Source: Gemmatimonadales bacterium (GTDB lineage: Bacteria > Gemmatimonadota > Gemmatimonadetes > Gemmatimonadales > Gemmatimonadaceae). From it: a stretch of DNA of 64,000 nucleotides. The notes below the pieces were generated by a model that worked only from the letters and a program-made list of their open reading frames with translations, was not told the DNA's origin and did no database searches. A program made the position numbers and the translations under genes. Numbering within the stretch: position 1 is the first letter of the stretch; every line of letters begins with the position of its first letter. Shown piece by piece: positions 48,352-58,382 of the stretch. The stretch covers positions 598-64,597 of the forward strand of contig JBBQAV010000005.1 of the NCBI GenBank assembly GCA_038316775.1, given 5' to 3'.

Positions 48352-50088
48352 ATGCCCGAGTCCACACCAGAACCCGGAACGATGAACGCAGCTCAACCCG
48401 CGGCTGAAACCACGCCGCGCGCTCGCGCAAAATTCCCCCTTCCTTTCCCGCGCCTCGAGAGCCTGCGCAGCAGAATTCTCGCGTTCGCGGTGGCCGCGGC
48501 ATTGCTGCCAGCGGGTACCATGCTCGGCGTCTTCTACACGCAGAACCGGCAAGCCCTGGAAAAGAAGATCAATGAAGATCTTCTCTCGGGCAGCGCCCAG
48601 AGTGCTCGCGCATCGGGTGTCTGGCTCAGGGAGCGTCTTTACGATCTGAGAGTGTTCGCCGGATCGGATGAAGTGGTGATCACGCTTGATCACGGATCGC
48701 GCGGTCCGAGCACACCGACCGAGGGCCGCCTGCGCGACTACCTCGTCTCCCTGCACGAGCGATTCAGCGACTTCGAGAAGTTGATGGTTCTCGACCTCAA
48801 TGGAAACGTCGTCGCCACCAGCGCTAACGAAGTAACGACCGTGCCGCTTCCATTGGACTGGCAGTCGCTCATGCGATCGGACAACCAGATCGTCGGTGAC
48901 GCCTACTGGGATGCAAAAACGGGCAGGGCCAAGCTGATAGTAGCCGTTCCCGCGCAGCGGGCCGATGGACGCCTGCTCGGCGCCTTCGCCGCAGAGCTCA
49001 ATCTTGCTCCCGTACAACTCCTTCTGCGCTCGTTTGCGGCGGACAGCACAGGCGCGATTCAGCTCGTGAACGCGAAGGGTGCGCTGATCGCGAGCTCCGA
49101 CGGTGTCTCCGCGAGCCTGCTGAAGAATCCGCTACCCCGGCCTACCATGACGAAGCTGCGCGAGCGCGCGCGGGCTCCGTTCCCATATACGAGTTTTGCC
49201 GGACGCGAAGTCATCGGCACGCTTGAGTACGTCCCGCAGGTCAGCTGGGCAGTGATCGCTGAGATCTCGGCGGAAGCCGCGTTTCTCCAGGTTCGCAACT
49301 TCCGCGATGTCGCTCTCCTGGTCATCCTGTTCCTGTTGCTTGCCGTGACTGCTGCCGCCTACCGCTTGGGACGTCTGATCGCCAGACCGCTCGACCGTTT
49401 GACGAAGGCGGCAAGCGAAGTCGCGGCCGGTGACCTGGCTGTGGATCTGCCCGCTGCGCCCGGTGGCGGCGAGATTGGCTACCTGACCGACGTGTTCAAT
49501 CACATGGTCTTTCGACTGCGTGAGGGCCGTCTCGAGCTGGACCGCATCAACGAGACTCTCATCAAGAAGAATGAGGAGCTGGAGCTTCTCTCCACGACGG
49601 ACAGTCTCACGGGTCTATCCAACCACCGCTCCCTCATGAAGCGCCTCGACGACGAGGTCGCGCGCTTCAAGAAGGAGAAGCGAGGCTTCTCGGTGCTCGT
49701 GGGCGACGTCGATCACTTCAAGCAGTACAACGACGCGTTCGGACACCCGGCCGGCGACGAAGTTCTGCAGACGATCGCGGAGATCATGCGCGATTCGACC
49801 CGCAAGGTCGATTGCTGCGCCCGATACGGCGGCGAGGAATTCGTGATCGTGCTGCCCGACAACGCGATCGCCGATGCTCTCGATACGGCGGAGCACATTC
49901 GCGCCCGAGTGGCGGCCAAGAAGTTCAACGGAAGAAAGATCACGTTGAGCATTGGTGTCGCCAGCTTCCCTGAAGACGCTGACGACGCTGAGGCGATTAT
50001 CGCCGTCGCGGACGAGGCTCTATATCAGGCGAAGAGAGAAGGGCGCGACCGTACTGTTCGCGCCCGCAGACTGAAGAAAACCGGATAG
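48352..50088 (+). CDS. Cache-HAMP-GGDEF diguanylate cyclase
   Basis: two TMs flanking a periplasmic Cache-like domain, HAMP (ARPLDRL...EIG.L..VFNHM), RKVD I-site, RYGGEEF. Confidence 0.92.
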   Translation: MPESTPEPGTMNAAQPAAETTPRARAKFPLPFPRLESLRSRILAFAVAAALLPAGTMLGVFYTQNRQALEKKINEDLLSGSAQSARASGVWLRERLYDLRVFAGSDEVVITLDHGSRGPSTPTEGRLRDYLVSLHERFSDFEKLMVLDLNGNVVATSANEVTTVPLPLDWQSLMRSDNQIVGDAYWDAKTGRAKLIVAVPAQRADGRLLGAFAAELNLAPVQLLLRSFAADSTGAIQLVNAKGALIASSDGVSASLLKNPLPRPTMTKLRERARAPFPYTSFAGREVIGTLEYVPQVSWAVIAEISAEAAFLQVRNFRDVALLVILFLLLAVTAAAYRLGRLIARPLDRLTKAASEVAAGDLAVDLPAAPGGGEIGYLTDVFNHMVFRLREGRLELDRINETLIKKNEELELLSTTDSLTGLSNHRSLMKRLDDEVARFKKEKRGFSVLVGDVDHFKQYNDAFGHPAGDEVLQTIAEIMRDSTRKVDCCARYGGEEFVIVLPDNAIADALDTAEHIRARVAAKKFNGRKITLSIGVASFPEDADDAEAIIAVADEALYQAKREGRDRTVRARRLKKTG

Positions 50089-50151
50089 CTCAGAAGGTCC
50101 GCCTGGCCAGGGCGAGAAATGCCTGCCAGCTGGAGCGAGTGTTTGAGCTGA

Positions 50152-50859
50152 CTACGGACGGGCGATAAGAGTGCGGTGAATCCAGCCAGTTCGTCCGGTG
50201 TCGTCACTAACGCGAACCCATTCATCGGCGTAGGAGTAGGCGATGACGGAGCTTCCGGCATCCGCCGAGAAGGAGATGGCGAAGTTTGTCCCCGGCCCTT
50301 CGCGAACATTGCCGCGAGTCGTCGTCACCAGCTTGATTGGCACCGCGAAGAGTGTCTCTCCGGAACGTGCCTCGCCTCTGTTGACGCCGAGTCGTCCGCG
50401 ATAGGACGACGCCACAGTCTTGGCCTGGTTCGCGAGGTAAAGTGCTCCGCCGTAGTTCTGCTTGTTGAATTCGGTGGCGCTCTGGCGGACGAACTTCTCC
50501 ACCTGAGCCGCTTCCGGCGGATCCGCCGAAGCCCCTGCCTTCATCGTCTGGAGCACCACCTCGGCCTCTGCCATCGCCGACGCGGCCTGGGCACGGCTCG
50601 CTACTGTCTGGAGCTTCGCCATGGCGCGGACTACTTCCGCCCGGGTGTCTTCAAGGCGGATCTGGAGGTCTTCGACCTGCGCATCACGCGCCAGGAGCTG
50701 GAGATCGAGCCGCGCTACTCGCTTGTCGAGCTCGGGATCGCGAACAGTGACCGTCTCGCGAACCACCTTCACTGTTGGAGCTGGCGGTGGGGCTGGTTTT
50801 GACTGAGAGCAGGCGGCGGCAACGCCTGCCAGGCCCAGAAGGATGAAACTGTAGCGCAC
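50152..50859 (-). CDS. lipoprotein with coiled coil and C-terminal SH3-like domain
   Basis: AAAC lipobox; NVREGPGTNF...EWVRV.....GWIH. Confidence 0.75.
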   Translation of the reverse strand: MRYSFILLGLAGVAAACSQSKPAPPPAPTVKVVRETVTVRDPELDKRVARLDLQLLARDAQVEDLQIRLEDTRAEVVRAMAKLQTVASRAQAASAMAEAEVVLQTMKAGASADPPEAAQVEKFVRQSATEFNKQNYGGALYLANQAKTVASSYRGRLGVNRGEARSGETLFAVPIKLVTTTRGNVREGPGTNFAISFSADAGSSVIAYSYADEWVRVSDDTGRTGWIHRTLIARP

Positions 50860-50971
50860 GAAAGAAATCCTCGTCGATTCAAAGACGGCTAACCGCGGCC
50901 ACCGTGGCCGCTCCTACGGCTAACGAATCAGGCGGTCAGGAGTCACATTCAGCCCCCATGGAGGAGCTGGT

Positions 50972-52624
50972 CTGACCTTAGGCTTCGTTCGCCAGACGGC
51001 AGCCGCTGCGGTCACTCTAGCGTGCCTTGGGCTGGGCTGTTCGGGGCCCAGAGGTTCAACCGCTGCGTTCCGTCCGGTACCGGAGATGACGGCGTGGTGG
51101 CGCAACGGTGTGTGCTACGAAGTGTTCGTCCGGTCCTTTGCCGATGCCGACGGCGACGGGATCGGAGATCTGCGTGGGCTGACCGCGCGGCTCGACTACA
51201 TCAACGATGGAAACCCCGCCAGCACCACCAGCCTGGGTGCCAATTGCATCTGGCTGATGCCGATATCCAAGTCGGTGAGCTATCACGGATACGACGTCTC
51301 AGACTATTACCATGTCGATCCGCACTACGGCACCAACGAAGATTTTCGGTACATGGTGCGGGAGGCGCACCGCCGCGGGATTCACGTCATCGTGGACTTC
51401 GTTCCGAATCATTCGTCGAGCGAGCACCCGTTTTTCCAGGCGGCGCTTCACGATGTCGCGAGTCCCTACCGAAGCTGGTATAGGTGGTCCAGGACCAGGC
51501 CTACTCTGCCCGAGCCCTGGGGCGCGGAAGTCTGGCATAGATCGCCGGTGAGCGACGAGTACTACTACGGACTTTTCTGGGGTGGGATGCCCGATCTCAA
51601 CTACGAGAATCTCGCGGTGCTCGAGCAGATGCAGAAAGTCACTGCGCATTGGCTGAAGGACATGGGGGTGGACGGATTCCGCTTCGACGCGATTCCGTAT
51701 CTGGTCGAAGACGCGAGTCATCTTCGTCACAGCCGCGGCACGCACGACGTGCTTCGCCGCTTTGGGAGCGCCATTCGCGCCGAGGCGCCGGGATCGTTCA
51801 CAATTGGGGAAGTATCGGAGGAGCCAGCGCAGGTTCTTGCGCCATACTATCCCGATCAGCTGGACGCATACTTTGCTTTCGGTGTTGCGGCCGCGACTGT
51901 CGAGGCTGCTCGCACGGGCAACGCAGCGATGTTCACCAGAAATGTTTCCGAAGCGAACACTACTTTTCCGGCCGGGCGCTGGTCGCCATTTCTCACCAAC
52001 CACGACCAGCCGCGGGTGATGACGGTGCTAGGCGCCGATGCCGGGCGCGCGAGGGTCGCCGCGAGCGCGATGCTAATGCTGCCGGGACTTCCCTTCCTCT
52101 ACTATGGGGAAGAAATCGGAATGGTGGGGACCAAGCCCGACGAGACGATCCGCACGCCGATGCAGTGGAGCGCTCAGCCGAATGGCGGGTTCACCAACGG
52201 CACGCCGTGGGAGAGCCTGCAGCCCGACTGGATGGCGAAGAACGTCGCCGCGGAGGAGCACGATCCCGCTTCTCTGCTCAATCACTACCGCCGGCTCATT
52301 CATTTCCGGAACGCGCATTCGGCACTCACGAACGGTGACCTGTGGATTGATTCGACGCGTGCGGGTACGGTCGCGACTTTCCTCAGGCGTTCGCTGACGG
52401 AGACGGTTCTGGTAGCGCTGAATTTCGGCGACCGCGCAGTTGAACGGTTCAGCGCGGGAATCAGACCAGCGCTTGGCAGGTACGAGCGCTTTCGCCTGCA
52501 GCGACTGTACTCCGATCCCGTGAATGGGTGCGTCGGAGGAACGATTTCGCGCGACGGACGATCGGTCTTGCTCGGGTCTATCGCCGCGCACGGCTTCTGC
52601 GCGTTCCTGCTCCAGCGCGACTAG
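50972..52624 (+). CDS. GH13 alpha-amylase family glycoside hydrolase, probable lipoprotein (CTG start inferred; first ATG 51086)
   Basis: SFADADGDGIGDLRG, SYHGYD, DFVPNH, DGFRFDA, IGE, FLTNHD; upstream in-frame lipobox LGLGC. Confidence 0.9.
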   Translation: MTLGFVRQTAAAAVTLACLGLGCSGPRGSTAAFRPVPEMTAWWRNGVCYEVFVRSFADADGDGIGDLRGLTARLDYINDGNPASTTSLGANCIWLMPISKSVSYHGYDVSDYYHVDPHYGTNEDFRYMVREAHRRGIHVIVDFVPNHSSSEHPFFQAALHDVASPYRSWYRWSRTRPTLPEPWGAEVWHRSPVSDEYYYGLFWGGMPDLNYENLAVLEQMQKVTAHWLKDMGVDGFRFDAIPYLVEDASHLRHSRGTHDVLRRFGSAIRAEAPGSFTIGEVSEEPAQVLAPYYPDQLDAYFAFGVAAATVEAARTGNAAMFTRNVSEANTTFPAGRWSPFLTNHDQPRVMTVLGADAGRARVAASAMLMLPGLPFLYYGEEIGMVGTKPDETIRTPMQWSAQPNGGFTNGTPWESLQPDWMAKNVAAEEHDPASLLNHYRRLIHFRNAHSALTNGDLWIDSTRAGTVATFLRRSLTETVLVALNFGDRAVERFSAGIRPALGRYERFRLQRLYSDPVNGCVGGTISRDGRSVLLGSIAAHGFCAFLLQRD

Positions 52625-52989
52625 ACCTCGCTGTCTTCGCTCGTGACCGGTGTGACGGCCGAGCGATCTTCTTCGCCGGTGCGGATGCGATAAACCTTTT
52701 CGACGGGAAGCACGAAAACTTTTCCGTCCCCGACTTCTCCGGTCTTTCCAGCCGAGAGAATCGCGCGAACTGTCGGGTCGACGAAGTTGTCCGAGACCCC
52801 GATCTCGAGCCGCACCTTGTCGTGCAGCTCGACCTTCACCGTCATTCCGCGGTAGGTCTCGACGTCCTCGACCTCGCCGCCGTGGCCGCGGACTCTGCTG
52901 ATCGTGAGGCCGGTGACTTCCGCGCGGTAGAGCGCCTCGAGCACATCGTTGAGTTTTTCGGGTCGAATGATAGCGACGACGAGTTTCAT
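52621..52989 (-). CDS. glnK: P-II family nitrogen regulator
   Basis: MKLVVAIIRPEKL, TGEVGDGKVFV.PVE.VYRIRTGE; adjacent to amtB. Confidence 0.92.
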   Translation of the reverse strand: MKLVVAIIRPEKLNDVLEALYRAEVTGLTISRVRGHGGEVEDVETYRGMTVKVELHDKVRLEIGVSDNFVDPTVRAILSAGKTGEVGDGKVFVLPVEKVYRIRTGEEDRSAVTPVTSEDSEV

Positions 52990-52990
52990 A

Positions 52991-54235
52991 TTAGCTCCGA
53001 TCCCGGGTCACGAGAATCGCGCCTTCGCCCCTGCTGTACGCTTCTTCGCCGTGCTGCGTCACGTCGAGTCCGACTCCTTCTTCACGCGATGTCGCGCGGA
53101 GGTTGAACCCGAGCGCGATCACCTTGAGAATCACGAACGTAGCGACGGTGCTGTAAGCGATCGTCGCCAGGATTGCGGCGCTTTGCACGCCCAGCTGCCG
53201 GACATTGCCGAAAAGAGCGCCGTCGGCGATGCCGTTCCAGCTTTTCTCGGCAAGTATTCCAGTGAGCAGCGCACCGACGATGCCCCCGACCCCGTGCGCC
53301 GAAACGACGTCGAGAGAATCATCGAGCCGGGTTCGGGCGCGCCAGAGGAGCGCGAAGTAGCTCGGAGCGGCGGCGATCCCGCCGATCGCGATCGCCGAGA
53401 TGGGGCTGACGAATCCAGCCGCGGGTGTGATGGCGACGAGGCCGACTACAATGCCGGTTGCTGCTCCGATCGCTGTCGTCTTTTTGGTCCGCATCAGATC
53501 GAGAAGACTCCATACGACGAGCGTTGCCATCGGCGCGAACATCGTGTTCGCAAAGGCGAGCGCCGCGGATGCATTGGCCCCCAACGCGCTGCCGCCGTTG
53601 AAACCGAACCACCCGAACCAGAGGAGGCCCGCGCCCAAGAGCGTGAATGGAACGTTCTGCGGGACAATCGCCTGCCGAGCGTAATCTTTACGTGTCCCGA
53701 GCACGACCGCGATGACCAGCGCAGCGGCGGCCGCGTTGATGTGGACTACGGTGCCGCCCGCGAAATCGAGCGCCCCGAGTTTTCCGAGCCAACCTCCGCC
53801 CCACACCCAATGTGCGATTGGCGCGTAGACGACGACCGACCAGAGCGTGATGAACGTGAGGTAAGGACCGAAGCGCATCCGCTCGACGATCGCGCCGGAA
53901 ATGAGCGCGGCGGTGATGACCGCAAAGGTGCCCTGGTACGCAACGAAGAGGACGTGAGGGATCGTGCCCTTCGCCTCGAGGCGAACATTGCTGAGGAAGG
54001 CGAAGCTGAATCCGCCGGTCAGGCCGGATCCTTCTGCGAATGCAATTGAGTAGCCGATGACGGCCCACGCGATCCCGACGAAGCCGAGGGCGACGTAACT
54101 CATCATCATGGTATTGAGCGTGTTTTTCGCTCTCACCATGCCGCCGTAGAAGAATCCGAGCGCCGGGGTCATGACCAGCACCATGGCGGTGGCGATCAGC
54201 ATCCATGCTGTGTCTGCCGGGCTTACAGTGGTCAT
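52991..54235 (-). CDS. amtB: ammonium transporter
   Basis: MTPALGFFYGG, DFAGGTVVH, LWFGWFGFNGGS, GLVAITPAAG, DDSLDV..AHG. Confidence 0.95.
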   Translation of the reverse strand: MTTVSPADTAWMLIATAMVLVMTPALGFFYGGMVRAKNTLNTMMMSYVALGFVGIAWAVIGYSIAFAEGSGLTGGFSFAFLSNVRLEAKGTIPHVLFVAYQGTFAVITAALISGAIVERMRFGPYLTFITLWSVVVYAPIAHWVWGGGWLGKLGALDFAGGTVVHINAAAAALVIAVVLGTRKDYARQAIVPQNVPFTLLGAGLLWFGWFGFNGGSALGANASAALAFANTMFAPMATLVVWSLLDLMRTKKTTAIGAATGIVVGLVAITPAAGFVSPISAIAIGGIAAAPSYFALLWRARTRLDDSLDVVSAHGVGGIVGALLTGILAEKSWNGIADGALFGNVRQLGVQSAAILATIAYSTVATFVILKVIALGFNLRATSREEGVGLDVTQHGEEAYSRGEGAILVTRDRS

Positions 54236-54294
54236 CGTGTCGGCTTGATCGGTGAAGTCCGTCGGCGATCGACAGATTATACGTTCCAAAGAAC

Positions 54295-54356
54295 GACAAC
54301 TGAAGACTACCGGCTCGCGGCTGTGGGCGGAGCGGCTGGGGGCTTCGGGCTACTGC
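54295..54356 (+). repeat. dispersed 17-bp repeat copy 2 followed by a GGCT-periodic tract
   Basis: GACAACTGAAGACTACC then ggctcgc ggctgtg ggcggag cggctgg gggcttc gggctac. Confidence 0.55.
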
Positions 54357-54387
54357 TAATGACTAGAGGTGAACATTGAGGCCCTGA

Positions 54388-55839
54388 TCATCCCTCGTGC
54401 TCTGCGTGACGAAGCCTCGCGGCAAGGCGAAAGAAGAAATAAAACGGCAGTCCCAACGCGATCAGGACCAGACCGGCCGCGGACTCGACCGGTGTCTGCG
54501 ACAGGCTGTTGATGACGAGCCAGATCGCCACCAGAACGAAGAGCGCGGGCACGACGGGATATCCGAGCGCGCGGTAACGACGCGGCGCCACCGGGAGCTT
54601 CCTTCTCAGCACGAACAGAGATGATCCCACCAGTGCGGTGAACATCCACACCGCAAAGACGACCGATGTCGTGATCTGATCGAAGGTGCCCGACAACGCG
54701 AGCACGCACGCCCAGATTCCCTGAAACCAGATCGCCTTCACCGGCGCATTCGACTTTTGGCTCAGGTCGGCAAGCCGGCCAAAGAAAAGCCCGTTCCGCG
54801 CCATCGCATATGGGACGCGGGAGTTCATGAGAGTTATTCCGTTGAGCACGCCGATCGCGGCGATGACGAACGCGAGCGAGACGAGCTGCGCCCCGTGCGA
54901 CCAGAATGCCTGCGCCGCCTTGGCCGCGACCGGAAGCGCGTCGGGATAGGCCGTCGAATTTGCTGTGAGTATCTCGCCGAACGGCAGCGCGAAAAAGTAC
55001 GCGAGGTTGGTGACCAAATAGACAAGTATCACGATCAGCATTCCGAAGATCAGCGCTCGCGGAACGTTGCGCTCGGGTTTCTCGATCTCACCCGCAACCA
55101 TCGCGACGTTCGTCCAGCCCTGGTAAGCCCAGAGAGCGGCAACCATCGCAGCGCCGAACGCACCAGCTCCGACCGGCGGAATGCCTGCGCTGGCCGGCGC
55201 CTTCAGATGCTGCCACGATCCGTCGCGCGAAAGTAAGAATGCGCCGAGCGTGATGATCGCGATGCCGCCGACCTTTGCGACCGTCGCAATCCACTGCACT
55301 CGGCTGCCAACCTGTATTCCGCGCGAATTGATCGCCGAGAAGAGAAGGATCACAGCCACCGCTATCACCTGCTGGACGCCGAGCCGCCAGTGGATCACTC
55401 GATCCAGCAAATGAAAATCGCGCGTGATCCAGACGGCATCGAGCGAGACGAAAGACCCGAGAAATGAAGCGAGCGCGGTCGATACCGCTGCGAGTCCGCC
55501 GCTCGCGATCAGCATCACCGAGGTCCAGCCAAAAAGAAACGCGGGGAGATCGCCGTACGCTTCTCTCAGAAACACGTACTCTCCACCCGCCTCCGGCATC
55601 ATCGCACCCAGCTCGGCGTACGTCAGCGCACCGGCGAGAGACAGAAGGCCGGCGGCCAGCCATGCGAGCAGAACGTTGGAGGGACTCCCAACGAGCTGCG
55701 CCATCGGCGAGGTTTTCAGAAAGACACCCGTGCCAATAACCGTGAGCACGAGTACGATCGCGTCGCGGAGCGACAGCGCTCTGACGAGTTGTGGTGTCGC
55801 GGGCGTCACTTCGGGTGATGCCGCGGCGGTGGAGCTCAC
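54388..55839 (-). CDS. APC family amino acid permease
   Basis: IGTGVF, YAELGAMMPEAGGEYVFL, WAYQGW....AGEIEKPERNVPRA. Confidence 0.92.
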   Translation of the reverse strand: MSSTAAASPEVTPATPQLVRALSLRDAIVLVLTVIGTGVFLKTSPMAQLVGSPSNVLLAWLAAGLLSLAGALTYAELGAMMPEAGGEYVFLREAYGDLPAFLFGWTSVMLIASGGLAAVSTALASFLGSFVSLDAVWITRDFHLLDRVIHWRLGVQQVIAVAVILLFSAINSRGIQVGSRVQWIATVAKVGGIAIITLGAFLLSRDGSWQHLKAPASAGIPPVGAGAFGAAMVAALWAYQGWTNVAMVAGEIEKPERNVPRALIFGMLIVILVYLVTNLAYFFALPFGEILTANSTAYPDALPVAAKAAQAFWSHGAQLVSLAFVIAAIGVLNGITLMNSRVPYAMARNGLFFGRLADLSQKSNAPVKAIWFQGIWACVLALSGTFDQITTSVVFAVWMFTALVGSSLFVLRRKLPVAPRRYRALGYPVVPALFVLVAIWLVINSLSQTPVESAAGLVLIALGLPFYFFFRLAARLRHAEHEG

Positions 55840-56639
55840 TCGGGCGGGCGCACTACGTCGTGTGGACCCGTGTTTCGAATTCCGTACGTCGGCCGCACGT
55901 ATTCCTCGGTCGTCGCGATGCCCTCGGCTTTGTCGAGCTCACGATTCTCGCGCTCGATCGAATCACGCTCGTCCTTGTAGCGCCGGTACCATGTGCGCGT
56001 GACCTCGCCCGCGAGCTCGCGGTTGCCGAGTCCGAAAGCGAGGGAGAGCGCAAGAGCGACGGCGCCGAAGAGAATTGCGAATGCCGTCGTCACGATCTCT
56101 GTCGCGACGCCCAGCTCCTGGAGTGCCATAAAGGCGGCGAGCACTACGACGCCGCCCTTCCCTATCCTCGCCAGCGTCGGTCCGCCGTGGAGTCCGCCCG
56201 CAGACGCCATGATCAGACCGCCCACGAACGCGCCGAGCACGATTCCAACGATCATGATGACGATCGCGGCAATGACGCTCGGGATGTAGCTCACGAGCTC
56301 GGAGAAAACGTTGGCGAGAGACTGCAGTCCGAGCGCGTTGGCGGCGACGAGCATTACCGTGAACATCACGAACCAGAACACGAGGCTGCTCGCGACTCGA
56401 GTCGGATTCACGCGAGAGCCCGATCTCTCCACAGCTTCCATCACGCCGCCGCGCTCGAGGATCTGATTGAGATGGATCCGGCGCATCAGGCGGTCTGTTC
56501 CCTTCTCGAGCAGTCTCGCCAGGAGATAACCGGCGAAGAGGATGACCAGCGCGCCGAACAGCGCGGGCACGTACCGATAGAGCTGCTCGAAGCTTCCCTG
56601 CAGTCTTTCGCCGAAGGTGAGTGTCGTCGTGGAGTCCAC
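55836..56639 (-). CDS. TM-helix repeat protein (MscS N-terminal / CmpX-like)
   Basis: two YVP/YIP..A.VI...G...A units; LAFGLG; no MscS cytoplasmic domain. Confidence 0.75.
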   Translation of the reverse strand: MDSTTTLTFGERLQGSFEQLYRYVPALFGALVILFAGYLLARLLEKGTDRLMRRIHLNQILERGGVMEAVERSGSRVNPTRVASSLVFWFVMFTVMLVAANALGLQSLANVFSELVSYIPSVIAAIVIMIVGIVLGAFVGGLIMASAGGLHGGPTLARIGKGGVVVLAAFMALQELGVATEIVTTAFAILFGAVALALSLAFGLGNRELAGEVTRTWYRRYKDERDSIERENRELDKAEGIATTEEYVRPTYGIRNTGPHDVVRPPE

Positions 56640-58009
56640 TAAAACCTCACATTGAGTAGGGCGTGATTCCCCGGGGCGCGAGCGGCCAGGAGCGCGATGC
56701 TCGCAGGATTAAAAGTTACACGAAAACGGGGGCGTCCGGCGTCGGGAGCGGGGTCGAGATAGCGCTCGGTGGCTATGATGCCGATGAGGCCGCCCGCTGC
56801 CGCGAGCCCAGACACAAGGTGCGGATTCGGGCTAGACGTATTCGTCAGCGCGGCGACACCAGCACCCATCAGGCTGCCGGCGAACATGCCCAGGAAAACG
56901 CGGCCTCCTTCGGTCCGACTGTGGTCGAAGCGTTGGACCAGAAAGCGGTCACCAGCGATGATGCCCAAGACTCCGCCCGTCGTGACCGTTGCAGCGACGG
57001 CCCGGCGGCTGCTCCCGTCACCCAAGAAGGTTCCCGCGGCCGCTGCTCCGAGGAAGGCAGTACTCCACAGGGTCTGAATGTCGCCGGCCGTCACGTGATA
57101 ATTCGCGTTGCGCGGATAGAGAACTCCGAGCGGGTAGCCGATGATGCCGGAGGCGAGGATGACGGCGACTTCAGCGCGGGTGGAGAGTGTGCCTTTGCAG
57201 GTGGACCCAAAGGACGGCGCCGGGTTGAGGGTGCAGGTTTCTTCGCCCCTGATCGCCTCAGTGGTGCCCCACCCGATCAACGCGCCAATGTCGGATCCGA
57301 AGGCAGCGCCGACAGCGTCGGCTTCGGTCATGCCGCGGGCGATTCTCAAGCCCAAAGCCGCTCCGGTCAAACCGCCGATGAAGGCGCCCGCGGATTGCGT
57401 GCGACTGGGGGCATCGAACAAATACGTCGTCGCCCAGCCCGCGAGCGCGCCGTTGTGCCCGAGGTTGAATGCGAGGTCGCTCTGAGCGCGGGAGATGGTC
57501 ATCCGGCGCGAGATCTCAGACGCGGCGAAGAACGTTCCGCCCGCAACCACGAGATAGCCGGCCGTCGCGCCCGCTCCGTTGTCGGAGATAGAGCCCGCAA
57601 ATGTTGGCCCGTAGACGAGAAGGCCGAGAATCGCCTGGTTCTTCACGAAAGAATTGCGCGCATCGCTGCGCGCGGCGACTACCTCGCGCGGCAATCGCGA
57701 CACGATCGCGCGAATCGCGTCCCGGTCAGCAGCTGTGATCGTGTACCGCTCGACGACTCCCGTGCGACGTCCAACTGCGAGCACGTAGCTCGAGTCGTTC
57801 ACCGTGTACATCCTCGCTTCGGTGAAATCGCCCGACACCGGCCACCACGGCGCGCGGAGCGCCGCACGCTCGGCGATGTAGGGCGTCATGACCAGCACCT
57901 GACCGGTGCTGTCGAACGACACCGGCCGCTCGACGACCTGCGCGCGCAGTTGGGGGCCTGCCCCAAACAAGAAGGCGCCAATAAAAGCGAGGCGTCGGAA
58001 TGAAATCAT
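56639..58009 (-). CDS. hypothetical Gly/Ala-rich membrane protein
   Basis: signal peptide, many glycine-zipper-like helices, terminal Phe. Confidence 0.65.
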   Translation of the reverse strand: MISFRRLAFIGAFLFGAGPQLRAQVVERPVSFDSTGQVLVMTPYIAERAALRAPWWPVSGDFTEARMYTVNDSSYVLAVGRRTGVVERYTITAADRDAIRAIVSRLPREVVAARSDARNSFVKNQAILGLLVYGPTFAGSISDNGAGATAGYLVVAGGTFFAASEISRRMTISRAQSDLAFNLGHNGALAGWATTYLFDAPSRTQSAGAFIGGLTGAALGLRIARGMTEADAVGAAFGSDIGALIGWGTTEAIRGEETCTLNPAPSFGSTCKGTLSTRAEVAVILASGIIGYPLGVLYPRNANYHVTAGDIQTLWSTAFLGAAAAGTFLGDGSSRRAVAATVTTGGVLGIIAGDRFLVQRFDHSRTEGGRVFLGMFAGSLMGAGVAALTNTSSPNPHLVSGLAAAGGLIGIIATERYLDPAPDAGRPRFRVTFNPASIALLAARAPGNHALLNVRF

Positions 58010-58106
58010 CTGTGGATTATTGAGCTGGGTCAGGCTCGAGATTACACCGCTCGAGTTGCAAGGAGGACACTTCGCAAAGATATGCATCGGCGCGCGATTT
58101 TGCCTG

Positions 58107-58382
58107 TCAGGTTCGCGTTCCGCGGTGGACGTCGAAGATTGCGCTGCGGCGGCATTTGCCGCAGATCAGCCAATCGCGCTGGCGCGCGTAACCCAGGCCG
58201 AAGGATCCGCCGCCGATCTCGCGACGCGACATCGCGACTTTGCAGCGGGGACAGAGCGGCATCGACCCGGCTATGAATTCGTCGCGGATCTGCTGGATCT
58301 CCGCCGGTGAGTACTGGGCGAGACCCTTGTCGGCGTTGCGATCGTCGGGTGGACCCGCGTTCGCGGAATCATCGCCCGGCAT
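58107..58382 (-). CDS. small zinc-ribbon protein (91 aa)
   Basis: TGATG coupling to the upstream dehydrogenase; CPRC...CGKC. Confidence 0.65.
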   Translation of the reverse strand: MPGDDSANAGPPDDRNADKGLAQYSPAEIQQIRDEFIAGSMPLCPRCKVAMSRREIGGGSFGLGYARQRDWLICGKCRRSAIFDVHRGTRT

